Source: Octopus vulgaris
Taxonomy: Eukaryota
DNA: 64,000 nucleotides
Direction: 5' to 3'
Assembly: GCA_951406725.2 (NCBI GenBank)
Contig: OX597822.1
Coordinates: 4,092,001-4,156,000, forward strand
Both the position numbers and the translations under genes were made by a program. Every line of letters starts with the position of its first letter. The stretch's first letter is position 1. The notes under the pieces were generated by a model. The model searched no databases, was not told the origin of the DNA, and saw only the letters and a list, made by a program, of their open reading frames with translations. Shown here in pieces: positions 28,209-44,399 of this stretch.

Positions 28209-29446
28209 TTAGGTTGTTTCACATGAAATGTATTTGAAAGGTAACACTAAAATGTTTCAGAAGCGTTAGGGGAACTGATTTATTTAATCGAACTATGATC
28301 CATATTCATTTATGATGTTTACCCAACGTTTCTCTATGTCATATATTCCATCTTTAAGAAACAATTCATCTTTCGCTGTGATAAACTGTCCGAATGCTTC
28401 AATTACCTCTTCTCTATTTAGGAATGTTTTATTGCTTATGAAAAGCTCAAAATGCTTAAATAAATGATAATCAGTTGGAGAGATATCAGCGGAATAAGGA
28501 GGATGTTGCAAAATCTCATAATTCAGGCTTTGCAACATTTGGACAGTAGCTTGAGGTGCGTGAGGACGTGCAATGTCGTGGAGCATAATTGGGCAATCTC
28601 TGTTCATTAGACTCGGTTACTTCTTTTTCCAATTTTCATGCATATAATCCTTTTCCTGGCAATACGATGTTGCTGTTACCTTTTTTCATTGTTGCCAAAA
28701 TGAATAATGAATAACTCCCTTCGCAGACCACCATACAGTGACCACTAAAATTTTAGGGTTTAATGGTGGATTTAGGAAGTGTCTAGATGACTCTCTTGCA
28801 TCTAATCACTGTCCTGTTCTCCTGCTGTTGTCAAAGAGTATCCATTTTTCATAACAAGTAATGATTTGATGCAAAAATGATATTTTTCCAGTCGAGAAAG
28901 CAATAAAGAGCACAATTCGAGGCGTCTGACTTTTCTTTTTTTTAATCTCGTTCAGTTGATGTGGAACAGACCTATACGTTTTCATGACTTTTCCAACTCT
29001 TTACAGGTGTCCAAAAACAGTTAAGCGAGATGTTCGGAGTTCTGATGAGAGTTTTCGGACCTTTCATCAACCAAAGCATTTAATCCATCATGCCGAATAA
29101 CTGATTTTGGCCTACCTCTTGGTTTATTTTCGAGGCTATCATATTCTGAACGAGAGCTTTGGAACCATCTCTGAACAGTTCTGATGTCAACAAAACCATT
29201 ACCAAAGGCCTGCTTGATATTACATAGAGATTCTGCGGCAGAGTGATCCAGTTTGTACTCATACATGAAAACCACTCAACATAGTTTGGTTGTTATCATT
29301 TTCATAAGTTCTGTGGGTACGAATTTTGTATCCCAATATTGTTGGGAAAGAAAGAGTCAAAATTAAATACAAGATTGAGTTTTTGAATGACTGAAATAAC
29401 AAGTAATTAAAAATGCAACATTTCATGTGAAAAAGAAGCAATCTAA
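28209..29446 (-). mobile_element. Full-length mariner DNA transposon, inactivated (second family)
   Basis: TIRs TA|TTAGGTTGTTTCACATGAAATG and CATTTCATGTGAAA..CAATCTAA|TA; ORFs 29021..29275 (HTH, PRGRP) and 28293..28607 (LHDIARPH, HPPYSADISPTDYHLF). Confidence 0.93.
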
Positions 29447-29479
29447 TAAATTGCCCTGGATATTTAGTTTAAGAAAGCG

Positions 29480-29830
29480 ATTTCTTTTTTAAATGATCGA
29501 TGTCCTGTGGTGAGCCCAGTACCTCATGTCTGCTGTATATGTGTGACTTGGTACAACGTTGTTCTCCATTAAAGCCGCATAGAACGCTGCAAACGTGCGC
29601 CCCAAGGCAGTACCCATGGCTAATTCATCTTTCTAAATTTTACCTTGCAGCGAGCAAGTAGGAATTTCTTGTATATACTGCATAAGTTGTTTCTTTAGTA
29701 CGTTAAGGGGTTACATGGGTGAGTTTATTTTTGGATAATTGTATGTAGTATTTTATAAGACTTTTTTTTGTTTCTGTCACTGAAACAATAAACGTTAAAT
29801 TCATAAGCTTAACAGGCAAACTTCCAAGTC
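29480..29830 (-). mobile_element. Penelope-like RT fragment
   Basis: Minus strand KDELAMGTALGRTFAAFYAALMENNV resembles the PLE motif DG.AMGSPLG..A..YM..E. Confidence 0.5.
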
Positions 29831-31009
29831 CATCGCCAGCGTCTACACAAATCACATTATCCTGCCTATTACAGAGAGGCAGCATGACACGCCGATACTA
29901 TTTCCTCTTGAAGATGAAACAATGAATGCATATAAACGTTGATGATGAATTTATTAACATTTATGACCAGTGAAAGGTGTATGGGGGATGTAGAATCGCT
30001 TACCGAAATTCAAAATCTCTAAACAGCAGACGAACAACCCAGCTTTAATGCAATTGTAAATATAAGATGAGGTGCCTTTCGAATAGAAAATTCTTATAAG
30101 GTATAGTATACATACTAGCTGTAGAATCGACATACCATAAAATCAGAAACAATCAGAATGCATTTAGGGATAACGGAGAATACCTTTAAGTTTTAATGTA
30201 TTTTACACACCCATTCGTTTACATTCAGAATATAATAACAGCATTCGAAATTTATCTGGTTCCTAGAAGCGATAAGAGAAAGAAATCCCACAATAAAGTG
30301 GAGTATTATTGCGAAGGCAAAAGAATATAATGGCTCTGGGATCTACTATCGTATATGTGCAAGGCTAAAAAACTATTTTTGTCTCTAAATAGCTGCGTTC
30401 TTAAAAGGAAAGAAGAAATCTTTTCTTTATGCCTCCATGCAAAGAATTATGAGCTGTTAATTTTCAGCCATATTCTTATACAAGTATATTTTGAAATGTC
30501 GACTAGTGGAACCCACAACGTGCAAACGACTCAAGTAGTAGCATGAGATTCAACTGGTAAAGTTGTCACCCACTAAAATGCCAAGTACAGTTGTGCCTTC
30601 TTTGTGCAATATATGTCAGAAAGGATACTTAGGAAACACAACCCACAAACGAAATAATAATTTGATAACAATTTCAGTAAACCAAAGATTGCAATTAAAT
30701 TTTAACATTTAAGTAAAAGAAAAAATTTGTCTTTAAGGAAAATGTTATTTTTCAGTTACGTATTATCGCCCGTTCTGTGTAACTAATTTGCTCTCTTCTA
30801 ACCAATGAATTGGTGAGGCCCAGAAGCCATCTTGGATATGTGCACATTTATTTTTTTTTTTTTTCTTTTAATACCAAACTAACATGATTATCTGGTTGAT
30901 CAAGTAGCCATTACACTTGAGGAGGTGGCATACTGTATCTGCCAAGAAAATATAGTTATACTCTACACAATGTTCTGAGTACTTCTACGCTAGCTCGTTT
31001 TAAACAGCG

Positions 31010-33481
<2,472 letters not shown>

Positions 33482-33969
33482 ATGTTATAAAGACACTACG
33501 GGAAGAAAAATATTTGAAGTAGAAGAGAAAAGTAACAAGTTGGATAGGAAAAAATATAGGAGACCAATAACAGTGTGGACCGAAAAAAGAATGAACGAAG
33601 GACGTGGAAAAGAAAGAAGGAAATCGATAATTATATTTTTAAAAAAAGGGAAGTAGATTTTTGTTCAAATATAATCAAAATTAAAATTAAGGATTACAGT
33701 AACAATTGGAAAGTGTCCCTCTTTGAAGGTCTTGTAATTTTTTTTATCTATCTTTTTGATTATATCTATATATATAATGTCTAGATATCAGCTTATTGAT
33801 CTACCTACATATTTATCTATCTATGTATCTATCAAATTATCTTTCTTTTAATCTCTATCATGTATATTTGTCTCAGTTATTCTCTTCTCTCTCTCTCCCT
33901 CTCTCTGTTTTCCTTTCTCTCTTATTACTTGCCCCTCACACCAGTCTTTCAACCTCTCCTTTTCTCTGT

Positions 33970-34021
<52 letters not shown>

Positions 34022-34279
34022 CTCCCTCTCTTCCTTTTTTCTTCCTTCCCTCATATATACATACATTCTTTTGATGCAAACGTTAGAATATTTCTTTTCT
34101 TTCATGCTACACACATAAAAATAAACACGCTGTCATATCTATATAAACATTTATACATCAACACGTTCATGCGTACAAACTGTTATTTATTGCAAAGCAT
34201 TATATATTTTTGGTATGTTATACACTAAAATTCTCAGCCGAGTGCACAAATGGTCACACAAAAACCCACATTAATTCTT

Positions 34280-34560
34280 ACTTTGCTAATTCTTGCACAG
34301 TTTGCATAGGTTTTCAGAAGTTCAATATTGACAGAACTTGATTTTCCAGAGAAATCTGTGGGAAAAGTCTCCCGGGCAAATCTGGCCTAACTATTACTGC
34401 CAAGTCCGGACACTTAAAGCATCATCCCCATAGACAGATCGAATATTCCTTGCTGCTTCCGTTGCCGAAAAGCTCATTTTGATCTGCTACAGCATGCAGT
34501 GCCTGATATGGGATTGATCTAAACTCACTTTAAAAGGACAGGATCGATACCAATTTAACC
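34280..34560 (-). mobile_element. mariner transposase N-terminal HTH fragment
   Basis: DQSHIRHCML*QIKMSFSATEAARNIRSVYGDDALSVRTWQ** on the minus strand. Confidence 0.75.
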
Positions 34561-34703
34561 AGAGCCGTATAAAGTATTCTGCAAAGAAAAAAGACATTAG
34601 AATGTAAATAGTAATGCGTATTTTACAGTATGTATTGAAAAATTCCCATCAAACTGACCCTGTCCAAAAGCGTGTCATGATTTTCTATCCTAACAGACAG
34701 ATG

Positions 34704-35232
34704 CGAGAGTCACCTGAAAAATTCATAGGCTGACGAAGATACTCTTTTGGAATGTGACCAAATGGGGTTTATTTTTAAACATAATCCTCCTTGCGGACCA
34801 CACACTTTTTCCATTGGTGTTGCAGTGTTTAAGTCCCACTGGTGAAGAAGCTTTCATCCTGTTGCTCAGAAACGTCATTATCAGTAGATATGACATCACC
34901 ATCACTCCGATACTGGCTCCCAGCCAAGTGTTTTTTTTTTCATATTCTGGAGCAACTGATAGTCAGAAAGGGCCAAACAAATCAGGAGAATAGGGTGAGT
35001 GATCAAGCAGGTCAAAGCCACAGTCACGCACAGCAGCCATTGAGAACAATAGACTGGCGTAATGAAGCATCACCCTGATGAAACATGATAGTTTTCGTCA
35101 GTTTTCCAGGGCGTTTGGTTATGACAGCTTTTTGTAACTGCCTCAGCAAGTTGGCATAGTACTATCCATTGATGGTGTGGCACTTTTGAAGATAGCCAAT
35201 AAACAATTCTTTTTGTATCCTAAAAAACCACG
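34704..35232 (-). mobile_element. mariner-like 3' fragment (internally deleted)
   Basis: Minus strand ends ..FFTSGT*TLQHQWKKCVVRKEDYV*, like the mariner C-terminus RW.KC....GDY.EK. Confidence 0.6.
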
Positions 35233-35272
<40 letters not shown>

Positions 35273-35294
35273 AACACACACACATAGATAGATG

Positions 35295-35381
<87 letters not shown>

Positions 35382-35589
35382 CGATAGATAGATAGATAGA
35401 TACGGTTTAAAAGGGAACAAATAAATAAACTATAGAAAGCAGTGCTCAATCTATTTGGCAGGAGTTACATAATAATGTTTGACTCTTTGCCATATTACAA
35501 AGTTTCTTGGACGTAGAACACAGCCATCCCATCAGACGTTCGAAGACAAGTTACACAAAGTTTAAAAGAGATTCCGAATGGCGCATACA

Positions 35590-36380
<791 letters not shown>

Positions 36381-36551
36381 GACTACCTGTGACCCGTTGG
36401 GTCACCAATAGTTCAAGGTACCCGAGGTCCGATTTACGCAAAACTTATTTAATTCCATTTGTATTCACATGCGCATCCGATTCTTTTGTTTCTTTCCCTT
36501 TGCTTCGACAGACGTTCAGTTTTCCGAGCGTCCGATTCCTGATCTCTCCTG

Positions 36552-36624
<73 letters not shown>

Positions 36625-36899
36625 TCCGCCAGACGCTCAGCCCTTGCTTTATCAGTCTCATCGATCCTTCTAGTCGCATGCCTGTCCCGATCTGGGGTAA
36701 ATAGTTCGTAAAGTACCCGTTAGTACTTCGGTGTGAAATAATTTTTTCCAGTTTTTTTTAAAGAGTGCAATGTAGGCACTAGGTTACATACACACATACG
36801 CACACACGCCCACATAACTTTAAGCTTGCCCGCACATACATTCATACTCGCTTGCCCCCATTCACACATACACACTCACACACCATTCTCACATGCACA

Positions 36900-37160
36900 C
36901 ATGCGCTTGCGCACCCCAGTTCGGCCGGTCACCGTTACCATCTCTCTTTCACTTAGCCTCTTTCATCATGTTTAACACATTTTTTTTCTCTATCCGTTTT
37001 TTTTTTTTATTCTCTCTCCAGTTTCCTGTCAGTCCTCTTTGTTGAAGAGCGTAGGCTCGAAATGTCAAAAGCTTTTCCATTCTTTTCGAGCTTTAAATTA
37101 ATACACCTGTTTGTTGTTCCTTCACCTGATTTCATATTTTGTATCTGTAAATCTGAACTA
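36900..37160 (+). mobile_element. PLE-type hammerhead-bearing unit (GAGC-GTAG-GCTC family)
   Basis: TTGTTGA-A-GAGC-GTAG-GCTC-GAAA-TG-TC-AAAAG at ~37035-37071, then the family 3' segment and (TA)n. Confidence 0.7.
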
Positions 37161-37181
37161 TATATATATATATATATATAT

Positions 37182-37260
<79 letters not shown>

Positions 37261-37323
37261 TAGATATAGATATATACATATACATATACACCATATATAT
37301 ATATATATTTATTTTATAGAAGG

Positions 37324-37374
37324 AGCTTCTACAGGACTAGAACTGTTTCATTCAAAAGAAATCATCAGGAAGCT
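37324..37374 (-). ncRNA. Type I hammerhead ribozyme, canonical core
   Basis: AGCTTC-CTGATGA-TTTC-TTTT-GAAT-GAA-ACAG-TTCTAGTC-CTGT-A-GAAGCT: 6-bp stem I, 3-bp stem II plus U-U, 4-bp stem III, GUA triplet. Confidence 0.8.
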
Positions 37375-37412
37375 TTTATTTACTGTGGTTAACCCCGACT
37401 CAACCCGGGACC

Positions 37413-37473
<61 letters not shown>

Positions 37474-37519
37474 ATGTATATATATAGTTTACTTTTTGGT
37501 AAGATCAACAAGAAAAAGG

Positions 37520-37700
37520 AAACTCCATTCAGTGAGAGATAAATATCTTTTGATATACACTGTATTAAAATAAGAGCTACTACTATTTTTCTTCTATTAA
37601 GACGCGTGGTTAGGCAAGTTTCTAAAACTTGCCTAACCTCGTGTCTGTAAGTAGCTCTCGTTTTCATAATATACATTGTACGAGATATATGTTTATATAT
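37520..37700. repeat. Fold-back of a dispersed repeat with a near-perfect central hairpin
   Basis: AGACGCGTGGTTAGGCAAGTTT..AAACTTGCCTAACCTCGTGTCT (~37600-37646) plus outer AGAGCTACT/AGTAGCTCT; the left arm is homologous to 44770-44870 (minus). Confidence 0.75.
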
Positions 37701-38036
37701 AATGAATACAAAAACTAAATTCCAGTTAGATACAAATATAAACATATACGCTTAATTATTGATTTACATACACGCATACACACACACAAACATAAACACT
37801 CGGGTATACAGATGCACATATACCTATATACATACACATGTGTTCTTGTGCATGTGCGTGTGTGTGTATATACATCGCAGAACCATACACTCATAGATAT
37901 AAAGATAGATATACAAACACACATATACGCTCATACAAGAGATCGAATATATACACGAGAACATGTTGCTCTTGAGCTATCTTCTATAAAAGAGTGTGTA
38001 TAATTGTAAGGAGTGGTTTCAGATGTATATCTTCCA

Positions 38037-38503
<467 letters not shown>

Positions 38504-39011
38504 GTTTGTGTATGTGAGCAAGTGACGAGTGGTTAAGAAAATCACTTCCCAATCATGAGGTCTAGAGTTCGAGTTGAATTGTAATTCGAAGGCCCAGCTT
38601 TGTTCCTTATCGTTTCCTATAACAGAATTACGTTATGGGCACACTTCACCTACGGAATACTCAGAAAACTTATACATTAATTTGACGAGCAGCTAATTCA
38701 GTTATTCGAGCATTGTCGAAACCGATGTATGATCAATAATATCGCAAAATCTTTTTTTACCGGAGAGTAGTGACGATAATGCTATCAATAAACACTAAAC
38801 TTTGATAGTTCAATACATCCGGAGTCAGCTTCGATTCGCCACCCCACTTCGAAATCACTAAAATAAATTATTTTAACTTTTATTTTAAAACCAAATCAAT
38901 GCACGCTATGAGAACTAATAAAGATCGATGGTTTGTTATCCTGTTATGCAAAGCGACCTTTCATACACACACCCTACAGAATGGAGAAGCCAGTACATCA
39001 TATCTCAGATG

Positions 39012-39051
39012 ATTTCCTGAAGAAGAGGTTCAAACGCCGAAATATTGAAAT
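39012..39051 (+). ncRNA. Minimal hammerhead-like motif
   Basis: ATTTC-CTGAAGA-AGAGGTTCAAACGCC-GAAA-TA-TT-GAAAT: 5-bp stem I, intact core, weak stem II. Confidence 0.5.
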
Positions 39052-39306
39052 ACAACAGAAAATACAATTCATCGATCGGTATTGTTTCTTATAATTTGCA
39101 TTGTTTTAGCGTTAAAAATAATTAAACCGTTTACCTAAATCGGACAAAAGTTCATGTAAACTATTACTATTCCACTAAAATACGTATATTTTATACAACA
39201 GTGAGCAATAATTAGCAATGCTATAGAGCACCGGATAATCCGGTGTCAAGAGGAACGTGGCTCATACTACTCGCGGTGGCCTAATCTATCTAGGTGTAAA
39301 TAGGTA

Positions 39307-39424
39307 CAGAAGAAGAAGGAGAAGAAGAAGAAGAAGAAGAAGAAGAAGAAGAAGAAGAAGAAGAAGAAGAAGAGAAGAAGAAGAAGAAGAAGGAGAAGAA
39401 GAAGAAGAGGAAGAAGATAAAGAA

Positions 39425-39456
<32 letters not shown>

Positions 39457-39644
39457 AGAAAAGAAGAAGAAGAAGAAGAAGAAGAAGAAGAAGAGAAGAA
39501 GAACAAGAAGAAGAAGAAGAAGAAGAAGTAGAAGAAGAAGAAGATGAAAGAAGAAGAAGAAGAAGAAGAAGAAGAAGAAGAAGAAGAAGAAGAAGAAGAA
39601 GAAGAAGAAGAAGAAGAAGAAGAAGAAGAAGATGATGATGATGA
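39307..39644. repeat. (GAA)n array ending in (GAT)n
   Basis: Directly visible. Confidence 0.97.
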
Positions 39645-39964
39645 TTCAGGTCAGCCTCATTGGAGCAAACCTATGAATTCCAGCTGTGACAGTGTTATAA
39701 CTAGGACTATATTATATAAAGTATATTTTTTTAAACCATACAGTAGTATTTAAGGATGATTTGACTTTTATTTCTAGCAGGTCAAGCCACCACATAGAAG
39801 ACCTTTAAAGTGATTAACTTGTTGGAAGCTGTAGCAATGCAAGAAATATGAGAAACGATTCATTCGGTTGCAGTATTTTAGTTTCTGGTTTTTTTATTGT
39901 GTACATCCGTGGGTTCCATCATCCAAACAAGAGAACTTGAATGGAGAATGGAGAAGAATTTGCA

Positions 39965-40310
39965 AGAAATCATCATCATTTTGTCTAACTTGCTCGGATA
40001 TTTTTTACCCGCACAAGCCATCCATCTTCGTCCTGCATCCGGGGAAGGAAGTTTTCAGAGAGACATCTAGTATCTCTGGTGAGTTGAACTTCTTACGTTG
40101 TGTTCGGACTACCTGCTCGAGTACGGCCATGTTTTGGTATCCATAGAAGTAGGACACTCCCCAGCTCTTGTTTAGCTCGCCGGCAATGTCCTGCAAAGCG
40201 CAAGTGCCTTTCCTTTATAATGGTGAAAACAGTAGATCTCCATACAGTTGCTTCTTTGTGGGATGAGTTCTCCAAGATGTGTTTAAGACTGCTTTTAGCA
40301 TTGGGGTGTA
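39965..40310 (-). mobile_element. RTE-clade LINE 3' fragment
   Basis: IIKERHLRFAGHCRRAKQELGSVLLLWIPKHGRTRAGSP (ORF 40093..40275); same region as the 19938-20263 fragment but a divergent family. Confidence 0.8.
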
Positions 40311-41989
40311 AGGTCCGTCTAACTTGGATTCCAGTCTTTTTGTTAAGAGTGAAAGCTGTTGCTTTACATGAAAGGAATAGCAGCTAAATATATCTCATAT
40401 CACTGCTTACCGTCTTCAAACACGAATGGCACGGGGGATATAACGTAGATCTTGATGTTACTGGTTAGAATGTTGTTTATCATAGATTTACTTAGTCCAG
40501 CGTGACTCGGGGCTAAACAACAACATCCTTAGTAACCGTACAATGTTGAGTTGTTATCCTTGAACAAACAACTCAAATAATTATCGACTGAATAATTATA
40601 CAACAATAATGTGAAAAAAAGGCATGAAGGTCACACAATCTCCTTTCTCAACTAGGTATAAAACATAGACCTCGTATTTATGTAGGAAACCATTATCTCA
40701 AGATAAATAAAGATATCAAATACACAAAACTAAATAATAGATTTGGTTATAATTATGTTTTTTTCTTTACTTCTAAATTATCAGATTTGTTTATATCGAT
40801 TTTAGTTTCAGACGTGGTGGAAAGAATGAAGAAATGTTTGATCGATCGATATTAGAAGCAAGATAGCACGGAAGTAAGCAAATATCTTTGCTTTAAAGTA
40901 AATAGACTTCAGATGTTTAAGATTGGCAACGTAAACTTTCTAAGTGACTCTGTTTCTCATATAATAAATGCGAGCTTACGGTTTGGCTGGAAGAAATTGC
41001 TAATCAAGAAGTTTAAATAATGATTTCATCGCGCTAGATTCTGTACGACTCATCACCAATATACGTCGACCTTCACCATTTGTTCATCTTTAGTTGCTGT
41101 TGCTGTTGTTGTTCAACATCATATCAGCCCTAGTAGAGCTGACCTACGATTAAAGGTATTGCAGCTAGCACTATATTATCTCCATTATCCAATGTCATCG
41201 TTTTTAAGACGGTAGTGTAAAATGTGAGGGATATTTTGGCAGCTGTTTCTCGCAAGCCAGACAAAGAATAGATAAAAATATCCAAATATCCTGGCCAATT
41301 CTCCCTCCTCATCTCAAATATCTCAAGACTTCTCTCTACCTCAGATCTCACGCATCATATATCACTCTTACGCAAAGCACAAATCCTATTTGTCTCTACG
41401 TTGCAAGTGTCTCAACTCCAAATCCAGATCCCATTTCCCCTCTAATTTCACTCAGCATAGATATATAAGGTGGTGTCTGCGTATATGTTGTATTCAGTTT
41501 TTGTTTGTCACATTTCTCACCAGGATTATAGCAATAACAACTTCTAGTTGATCTGACTCAAAGTCTTCCCTCGTTCTTCGAATTCATTAAATCATTATCA
41601 ACTCTTTGGCTATATTTTCTCTTGTATTGAAAACATACATCTCCCCTCTCCCCTCTCCGTGCAAAGTGTATCCAACGTCCACAATTCCTGGCAGCTTTCA
41701 CTCATTCTACTCTGAGGCTGCTGTGTTAGAAGTGAATCATTTGCTATTCACGACTCCTTGCAAAATCTTGTTCCATCCACGACTCGCATCTGTGACCGAC
41801 ACACCGACACCCAAACACATCATTTTTCTTTTTCACCTCAAACCCAAACCTCCACCGAACTATAACTGTCTATACACCTATCAGGACATCTGCCACTGAC
41901 CATCACCGCTGTCCATCGCCAATGCCCCTCTCCACAACCCAAAACACAATCAAATATTTCTATGCAGTAAACATTTGTTCGTATAGTCG

Positions 41990-42745
41990 ATATTTACAAA
42001 TTATACATTAGCCTCTATAGACTAAATCTACACATTACACATCTGTCTATATTCAACATCGACTGACCACCCACTTTCGCAGCATGCAGAACATCTATGA
42101 TACAAACAGGATTTGTAGAGTAATAAGCTGCAAATTACAAATTTATTACATATAAATACATCTATTAGCTACACACTGACCCTCTATATTTAACATTTAC
42201 CTGTTACACACTGGATTAACGTAAGCAACAACTTACACATTACCTGCTTACTCATTAGTCGGTATATTCAACATCTACCTCCTTACACATCGGTCCGTGT
42301 ATTCAACGTCCCCTTTTACGCACTGTATTAATATCGACAAGGTCTACCTGCTACACACAGGGTCTGTATCGACAACACCAGTATGATTACACATGCATCT
42401 GAATATTCAATATCCGTCTACCAGATACTGGAGTCTTTGTACTCAACATCAGCATGCTAACACACTACGTCTGTGTATTTAGCATTTACACGCTTAAACA
42501 TTAGACCTGTATAGATATCTACAGGCTTATAAACTGGTACTGTGTATTCAACATCTACCTATCACACATTGGTTCTGTGTATTTAGCATCTGTCTGCTAC
42601 ACATTGTGTCTGAACAGTGAATACCTACAACTTTACTCATTTATCTGTGTATTGAACATCTGCATGCTTACACTGTGTCTCCGCATAGAGAGCATCTACA
42701 AACTTAGAGTTGTCATTCAATATCTATGCACCATACACTGACTGT
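41990..42745. repeat. Highly diverged ~35-bp minisatellite
   Basis: Recurrent unit resembling TACACATTGGTCTGTGTATTCAACATCTACCTGC, roughly 20 copies by eye. Confidence 0.8.
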
Positions 42746-42747
42746 GT

Positions 42748-43050
42748 GGAGGCGCAATGGCCTAGTGGTTAGGGCAACGGACTCGCGGTCGGAGGATGGC
42801 GGTTTCGATTCCCAGACCGGGCGTTATGTGAGTTTATTGAGCGAAAACACCTAAAAGTTCCACGAGGCTCCGATAGGGGGTGGTGGCGACCCCTGTTGTA
42901 CTCTTTCGCCACAACTTGCTCTCACTCTCTCTTCCTGTTTCTTGAGTAACGCTGCGATGGACTGGCGTCCCGTCCAGCTGGGGGGAACACATACGCCACA
43001 GAAACAGGGGAAACCGGGTCCATGAGCCTGGCTAGGATTGAAAAGGACGA
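42748..43050 (+). mobile_element. SINE family C, full length, tail type 1
   Basis: GGAGGCGCAATGGCCTAGTGGTTAGGGC..GGTTTCGATTCCC head; tail CTGCGATGGACTGGCGTCCCGTCCAG..; flanked by ATACACTGA on both sides. Confidence 0.9.
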
Positions 43051-44084
43051 CGTTTATCGTTACGTTTTATACACTGAGTGTATGAGATTGGCTGTTTAGT
43101 TCACATTACAATGTTAGGCCTTAAATAAGTCAACATGTACGATAGTGTAGCTTAATTAATTGAACGGTGATGAAAAGAAGTGTAAATTAGTGATCTTGGC
43201 AACAAACTTGCTGACATAACATTCTGATTAGAGTTCAACAATGACATTTTCTAAATTTACAGGATGATAAATTCATACACTCGTAGTGATGACTTTGTTT
43301 TCTAGTAGTTCACGTCAAAAGAGCATTTATTTAGGTTTTGAAATGAGGAAGTTATCGTCAGATCCCGAAGGCATCCCACAGTGTGACATTAATCAACCGA
43401 GGCTATAGCAAAAGACACTTCACCAGAGGGCATACTTTGAAATATAGCAGTAACTCGTGGCTTTCTAAACAAGCTACGTACATCGAGACATACATATACA
43501 TATATGTACGTGCGTGTGTGTTTGTGTAGATGGGTACATGTGCATGTGTGTACCTATATACACTCATACAAATACACACATACATACATACATACATGCA
43601 TACATACATACATAACATATTAGTACACACACATACATGATTTAATGTACACTGTTAGGCAGCTATTTCTAATGTGCCTTGTGTCTCCAAGCAATCATTC
43701 ATACATACATACATACATACATACATACATACATACATACATACATACATACATACATACATTCATACGTACATACATACATACATACATACATACATAC
43801 ATACATACATACATACATTCATACATACATACATGCATACATACATACATACATACATACATACATACATACATACATACATAACATATTAGTACACACA
43901 TACATGATTTAATGTACACTGTTAGGCAGCTATTTCTAATGTGCCTTGTGTCTCCAAGCAATCTTCAGGCTGTGTGTGCATGATCTGTTTTCTTTTTTTA
44001 AGACCCAGGTACACGAGAAACCACGATGAAAAAATGTGAAGGGTGATGCAAAAAGTGGATGAGAAGACAAAGGGCGAATCTTTT

Positions 44085-44292
44085 CAACTCTAGGTACAAG
44101 GCCTGAAGTTTTTGCGAAGTAGGCCAGTCGATTAGATCGACCCCCAGTACGCAACTGGTACTTAATTCATCGACCCCGAAAGGATGAAAACGAAAGTCGA
44201 CCACGGCGGAATTTGAACTCAGAACGTAGCGGCAGACGAAATACCGCTAAGCATTTTGCCCGGCGTGCTAATGTTTCTGCCAGCTCGCCACC
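44085..44292 (-). mobile_element. SINE family B monomer
   Basis: Reverse complement of GGCGAGCTGGCAGAAAC..GAGTTCAAATTCC..TCATCCTTTCGGGGTCGAT. Confidence 0.88.
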
Positions 44293-44399
44293 ATAGGCAA
44301 AAGGCGAATAACGAAAAGACACAGGGATGAAAAGAAAGAAAGAGAGATTCGTCCCTTTTGACCGTAAAATCACTAATTCACCTCGTAGTATAGAACAGT

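Noticed and set aside
35490-35545. Additional hammerhead-like strings (also ~9703, ~11370, ~62078)
   Set aside because: Core or stems too degenerate to distinguish from chance without a family consensus.
41990-42745. ~35-bp repeats as a CRISPR array
   Set aside because: Contiguous degenerate units without repeat-spacer alternation; eukaryotic context, no cas genes.
42748-42822. Functional tRNA genes at SINE heads (also 11584, 48027, 54031)
   Set aside because: tRNA-like A/B boxes continue into shared SINE bodies and do not form complete cloverleafs.
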